Of a DNA stretch of 64,000 nt, positions 60,242-64,000 are shown piece by piece; position 1 is the first letter of the stretch, and every line of letters begins with the position of its first letter. Below the pieces are notes generated by a model that was given only the letters and a program-made list of their open reading frames with translations, was not told the origin of the DNA and did no database searches. Source of the DNA: Candidatus Aenigmatarchaeota archaeon (GTDB lineage Archaea > Aenigmatarchaeota > Aenigmatarchaeia > QMZP01 > QMZT01); contig CAVSBQ010000002.1 of assembly GCA_963726265.1 (NCBI GenBank), positions 352,001 through 416,000 on the forward strand, given 5' to 3'. A program made the translations under genes and the position numbers.

Positions 60242-61684
60242 TCAGCTTCCACTGTCTACTCTGTGCATGTCGGCCAGTATCAAGTCGTATGCCTCGTCTG
60301 CCGTGATTTTCCCGTCCATGACGTCACCAAGGTGCTTGGCGAAATCTACCGTGAGGTCCTTGTACTTCTCACCAAGGACGTAATCGACCGTTTTCGAATC
60401 GAACACGTTCCCTCCATACTTGTTGGTGATGTAAGTGATGAACGTGTCGAATTGTGTGATTTCCGCGGTGGTGCCGCCGGCTTCGCTGATGCCGCCCTTG
60501 ATGCCCGTAGGTCCTTTGGCGTACCGTATCCACTTTTCGGCAGTGTTAGGCGTGGAAAATGCCATCATGAGCTCGACTGCTTCTTCCTTCGCAGGCGAGT
60601 CCTTGGCCACGGCAAACATCGGGTTGTACCCGCCTATGTAATGGTTTACTGGCCTGTACATGGGCATCTCGACGGGCACCATCTTCATGGTCTTCCTTGC
60701 GTCTATCCCGTGCCAGTGGCTGTACATCCACGAGGCACCGCACACCGTGAAGACGGCCTTGTTCTCGAGGACGTAGTAGCGCGTCTCAAACCAGGGAAGG
60801 TCCTTCCAGCCCGGTATCAGCGGCTTGTACTGGCTCAGTTCCTCAAGGGAGCTGAGCACCTTCCTCACGGCGTCGAGCTTTGCCTGGGAGGTGTTCGTGT
60901 CCTTTATAAACTCTATGTCGGAAAACTCGGACCTGAATAAGCTCTGGAATATGTTCCACGTGCTTGGCGCGTAGCCGATGCCCCCCGCATAGTCTCCGCT
61001 GTCGTAAAGTATGGGTATGTCAGTCCCGTGCTGCTCGTTGTAGTCATGAACTGCTTTGAAGTACCCGAGAAGGTCCTCAAACGTCATGTTCTTGTCCTTT
61101 ACCTCTATGCCCATCATGTCCGTGAGCTCCTTGTTGTAGAAGAAAGGTTGGTAGAAACCTTCCATGTAGGGGCCGGTTATCACGCCGTTCATGTGGTTCC
61201 TGAACTGCGGGTCGGAAAGGATGAACGGCTGCTGGCTCTCGTTGAATCCGGGAACGGTCTCGAAATCCACGAGGTAGTGCTTTGCCCAATCTTGGTCGTT
61301 CAGCCCCTTGGTAATCTCCTGATAATAGAAAGGCTCGAGCCAGATGATGTCCCATTCTATGTCGCCGCTCTTGAACTGGTTTATCGCGGCATCCAGACAC
61401 CCCTTGCGCCCTCCGGGGAAATCCGCATTCCACTTGATGTTCACCCTGACGTTTGGGTTCCTGGCCTCGAATTCCTTGACAGTCTCCGTGACGAAATCCT
61501 CACGCAGGTCCTCGCCCTTCCAGTGGCCCTGCATATTGATTACCACTTGGTCTTTCTGGGTCGTGTTGGAAACATTTATCCTCTGCGTCCTGCTTATGTC
61601 GCCCGGGACCTGCGTCGTGCAGCCGGATACGAAAACTAAGATTAGTAAAAGCAAAACCAAACACGCCGCTATTTTCCTTTTCAT
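60242..61684 (-). CDS. Extracellular solute-binding lipoprotein (sugar-binding SBP-like)
   Basis: Lipobox VSGC; EFEARNPNVRVNI, FFYNKEL, TFEDLL and DGKITADEAY segments typical of family 1 SBPs. Confidence 0.8.
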   Translation of the reverse strand: MKRKIAACLVLLLLILVFVSGCTTQVPGDISRTQRINVSNTTQKDQVVINMQGHWKGEDLREDFVTETVKEFEARNPNVRVNIKWNADFPGGRKGCLDAAINQFKSGDIEWDIIWLEPFYYQEITKGLNDQDWAKHYLVDFETVPGFNESQQPFILSDPQFRNHMNGVITGPYMEGFYQPFFYNKELTDMMGIEVKDKNMTFEDLLGYFKAVHDYNEQHGTDIPILYDSGDYAGGIGYAPSTWNIFQSLFRSEFSDIEFIKDTNTSQAKLDAVRKVLSSLEELSQYKPLIPGWKDLPWFETRYYVLENKAVFTVCGASWMYSHWHGIDARKTMKMVPVEMPMYRPVNHYIGGYNPMFAVAKDSPAKEEAVELMMAFSTPNTAEKWIRYAKGPTGIKGGISEAGGTTAEITQFDTFITYITNKYGGNVFDSKTVDYVLGEKYKDLTVDFAKHLGDVMDGKITADEAYDLILADMHRVDSGS

Positions 61685-61776
61685 AGGCTTCCTTAATTTA
61701 ACTTTGTTCCAATCTCATATATATATTTAATTATATGGATTACACTAGAGAGGGTGTTACTGATAAGTTATCCAAA

Positions 61777-61926
61777 TGCGGGGGCAGGGATTCGAACCCT
61801 GGAACACATTCCTCGTTCTTCGCTTTCGCGAAAGGCACTCTAAGTGAATAGGTCTTGAGCGTCGACATCATCTTGAATCAGGGTTCAAGACCATCCTATC
61901 GCCTTTAACCACTTGGCTACCCCCGC
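61777..61926 (-). tRNA. tRNA-Leu(CAA) with an intron at 30/31 (61895-61861, 35 nt) and a probable second intron in the variable arm (about 61839-61809, 31 nt)
   Basis: Acceptor stem GCGGGGG/CCCCCGC, anticodon arm ATAG|G-CTCAAGA-CCTAT, T-arm CAGGG-TTCGAAT-CCCTG. First junction has central helix CGAT/GTCG. Confidence 0.85.
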
Positions 61927-61984
61927 ATATAGAATTTAGAAAAGGTATTATTTATTTGAAAGAAGCGCCAAAGCGTCAAGCGCC

Positions 61985-62503
61985 CTATTGTATGGCCCTC
62001 AGCTGGGCGCGCAATTTCTCGAGCTGGCCGTAGACGTCCTTCATCTGGCTCTGGCTTTCGCCGCGCTCTTCCTCTTCGTCGAATTCCTCATAGCCTTCCG
62101 GCCTTTCCATGGCCTGAGGCTTCATGAAGAACGAGTCCAGGTTCGACGTCAGCGAGTTGAGCTCGTCGAGCGTCTTGTGGGCGATTTCTATGCCGTTCGC
62201 AATCTCCTTCTGCATGTCCTTGAGGACGTCGAGCGCGTCCCTGAGGTTGAGGATGTAGGACCTCAGCTCGCGTATGCTCCTGACGATGTCCCTGTATTTG
62301 TCGACCTTTATGAAAAGAGGCGGCGACTGGGACGTAACGGGCCTGGGCGGCGGAAGCGACCGCGACTTCTTTATTTCGGGCAGCTTTACCGGAGGCTGGA
62401 AGCTTTCCTCGCCCTCCTCGTTTTGCCCTCCGGCGTTTTCCTTCGCTTCATCGTCCGGCTGCAGCTCCTTTATCTCGTTTGACCTGCTTTTGAGAAACTT
62501 CAT
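61985..62503 (-). CDS. Hypothetical coiled-coil protein
   Basis: Disordered N-terminus, PPLFIKVDKYRDIV, then heptad repeats. Start set at 62503 because the longer ORF overlaps tRNA-Gly. Confidence 0.75.
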   Translation of the reverse strand: MKFLKSRSNEIKELQPDDEAKENAGGQNEEGEESFQPPVKLPEIKKSRSLPPPRPVTSQSPPLFIKVDKYRDIVRSIRELRSYILNLRDALDVLKDMQKEIANGIEIAHKTLDELNSLTSNLDSFFMKPQAMERPEGYEEFDEEEERGESQSQMKDVYGQLEKLRAQLRAIQ

Positions 62504-62546
62504 GTTTATTATTTCCCCCTTTGATAATAAATAGGTTAATTCCTGA

Positions 62547-62643
62547 TGCGCCGGCCGGGATTTGAACCCGGGCCACAGGCTTGGCAAGCTTGCACCAAAC
62601 CAACTTCATGTGTCTGTGTCCTACCAGGCTAGACTACCGGCGC
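62547..62643 (-). tRNA. tRNA-Gly(GCC) with intron at 29/30 (62613-62590, 24 nt)
   Basis: Spliced sequence GCGCCGGTAGTCTAGCCTGGTAGGACACAG|GCTTGCCAAGCCTGTGGCCCGGGTTCAAATCCCGGCCGGCGCA gives a complete cloverleaf. Confidence 0.9.
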
Positions 62644-62682
62644 ATGTCTGGTAAAGAATTATTACCAAACTTGAATTTAAAA

Positions 62683-62979
62683 CTATCCGAAAAGGCTGCC
62701 GAAGCCTTCAGCGGCCTTGTCCTCTTCTTCTTTTATCCTGCGAAGAACGTCATCCTTCTCCTTGTGCTCGACTTCCTTCGCTATGTCCTTGAGGAGCTCC
62801 TTCGCCCTGTGTATCGCTTCGTTCGAGCCGTCTATCTCAAGGTAGTAACCGTCCTTGTTCAGGCCAAGCGCCCTCGCTTCCCTGAAGTTGACGCTCTGCC
62901 GCGTGAGCATGTCGTCCGCGAAAACTATGCTTTTCGCCTTGGAATAATTCTCCATGCCTATGAAAAATACCGCTTTCAT
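62683..62979 (-). CDS. Hypothetical 98-aa protein ending in a ribosomal-stalk-like tail
   Basis: GGAGG precedes the ATG at 62979. C-terminus EEEDKAAEGFGSLFG. Confidence 0.8.
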   Translation of the reverse strand: MKAVFFIGMENYSKAKSIVFADDMLTRQSVNFREARALGLNKDGYYLEIDGSNEAIHRAKELLKDIAKEVEHKEKDDVLRRIKEEEDKAAEGFGSLFG

Positions 62980-63040
62980 AACAATCCTCCTTAAGTACCA
63001 TGAGTTTGCTATCTGAATTATTGCGCGCAAGAATTAATAT

Positions 63041-64000
63041 TTATTCGCGCCCGTCCCTGCGGGAATGGTAGCCGTAGCCTCCGTATTCATCGCCGGAAGC
63101 AGTGCGCTTCGCCTTTCTGAAGGCGACAAAGACTAGCGCCAAAGCCGCTATTATCACTACGGGAACCGTGACGAACGCCCAGTTGAAGCCGTCTTCCTGC
63201 GGGTTGGCCTGGGTGACATTTTTATCTGTTGCCTCGGCCTTCGTCTTCAGCTCGTCGATCGTGTTGAGGAAATCCTCCTGCGCCTGCAAGTCCTCGCCGT
63301 AGGACGTCTCGTTGTAGCTTTGCTCGTAGGCCTTCCTTGCCTTCCTGATTTCCTCCTTTATGTCGGGCGTCGCCGTCTTCTCGGCGTCCTCCGCATAGCG
63401 TTTGGCGTCGCTCAGCAGCTCGCCCACGGAGACGTATGAGGTGATGACGCTCTCCGCGTCGGGCGTGGTTATCTTGAAGTCGATCCTGTAAAGCTCCCCG
63501 CCGCCTGGAGTGGCTGTGAAAACGGCCGTTTTCTCCTCGTTCTGGTCAACGCTGATGGTTTTTCCCTGCGGCTCGATGCCCATCGAAGGTTCGGGTGCCG
63601 GTTCTATCGTAAAGTTCTGCGTATCGCCGCGGTTGGAGATGACGACCCTGAACGTGACCTCGCCCGCCTCTTTCAGGTTTATGTTCCTCGGTATGACGGA
63701 AACCGAAAAACCCTCCTTTGCGTTTTCATCAATGGCCAGTATGCCCTGTTTCTGTTTCTTGCAGGCCTGTATGCTGCAGCCCTCTGCCTGGGCAAGCACC
63801 GTAAACTCGAACTCTCCTTCGCTTTCAGGCGCCTTGATCTTGAACGTCTTTGTGGCAGTCGGTTTCGAAGGCGAGGTAGTCAGGATGGGGTCGCCGAAAT
63901 CATTCTGGAGGTTCGTCGCGATCGAAAGCCTTATCCTCAGCTCAGCGTAGGAAGTTATGTAAAGGGTCTTGGTTACCACCTCTCCCGGCTTCGCCTGCGT
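63041..64000 (-). CDS. C-terminal part of a membrane-anchored Ig-like surface protein, 5' end outside the window
   Basis: Frame is open to the window edge; Ig-like strands, helical region, C-terminal TM followed by RKAKR. Confidence 0.75.
   Translation of the reverse strand, partial: TQAKPGEVVTKTLYITSYAELRIRLSIATNLQNDFGDPILTTSPSKPTATKTFKIKAPESEGEFEFTVLAQAEGCSIQACKKQKQGILAIDENAKEGFSVSVIPRNINLKEAGEVTFRVVISNRGDTQNFTIEPAPEPSMGIEPQGKTISVDQNEEKTAVFTATPGGGELYRIDFKITTPDAESVITSYVSVGELLSDAKRYAEDAEKTATPDIKEEIRKARKAYEQSYNETSYGEDLQAQEDFLNTIDELKTKAEATDKNVTQANPQEDGFNWAFVTVPVVIIAALALVFVAFRKAKRTASGDEYGGYGYHSRRDGRE

Noticed and set aside
59223..61777. Element integrated at tRNA-Leu
   Set aside because: No integrase and no duplicated tRNA 3' end found; the hairpin GCGGTT-CAAG-AACCGC at 59265-59280 is not an att site.

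Overview
Chromosomal window of an archaeon, most likely a DPANN lineage (Aenigmarchaeota-like is an inference from gene content, not a tree). The flanks (about 0.7-23 kb and 55.6-64 kb) hold housekeeping genes: sepF, aCPSF1, psmB, PAC2, rpoK, eno, rps2, rpl19e, rpl18, mnhEFG, ftsY, lhr, a bacterial-type metK, map, radB and topA. Four tRNAs all carry introns (6 introns, 5 at non-canonical positions). A tandem array of three beta-propeller genes overlaps by a conserved 52 nt. The centre (23.1-55.5 kb) is a ~32 kb cell-surface cluster. It contains a ~3,590-aa S8-protease/Cys-repeat/LamG giant, an MNT-HEPN pair, beta-helix and cadherin-like proteins, pilin-like proteins sharing a domain, two paralogous membrane-anchored Ig proteins, and a MoxR-DUF58-vWA triad. 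The best candidate for an undescribed system is a putative non-type-IV filament/adhesin assembly module at 36.3-51.2 kb. Eight single-base (+1) frameshifts break accessory genes and are probably sequencing errors. All family calls come from motif recognition by eye; no database searches were run.
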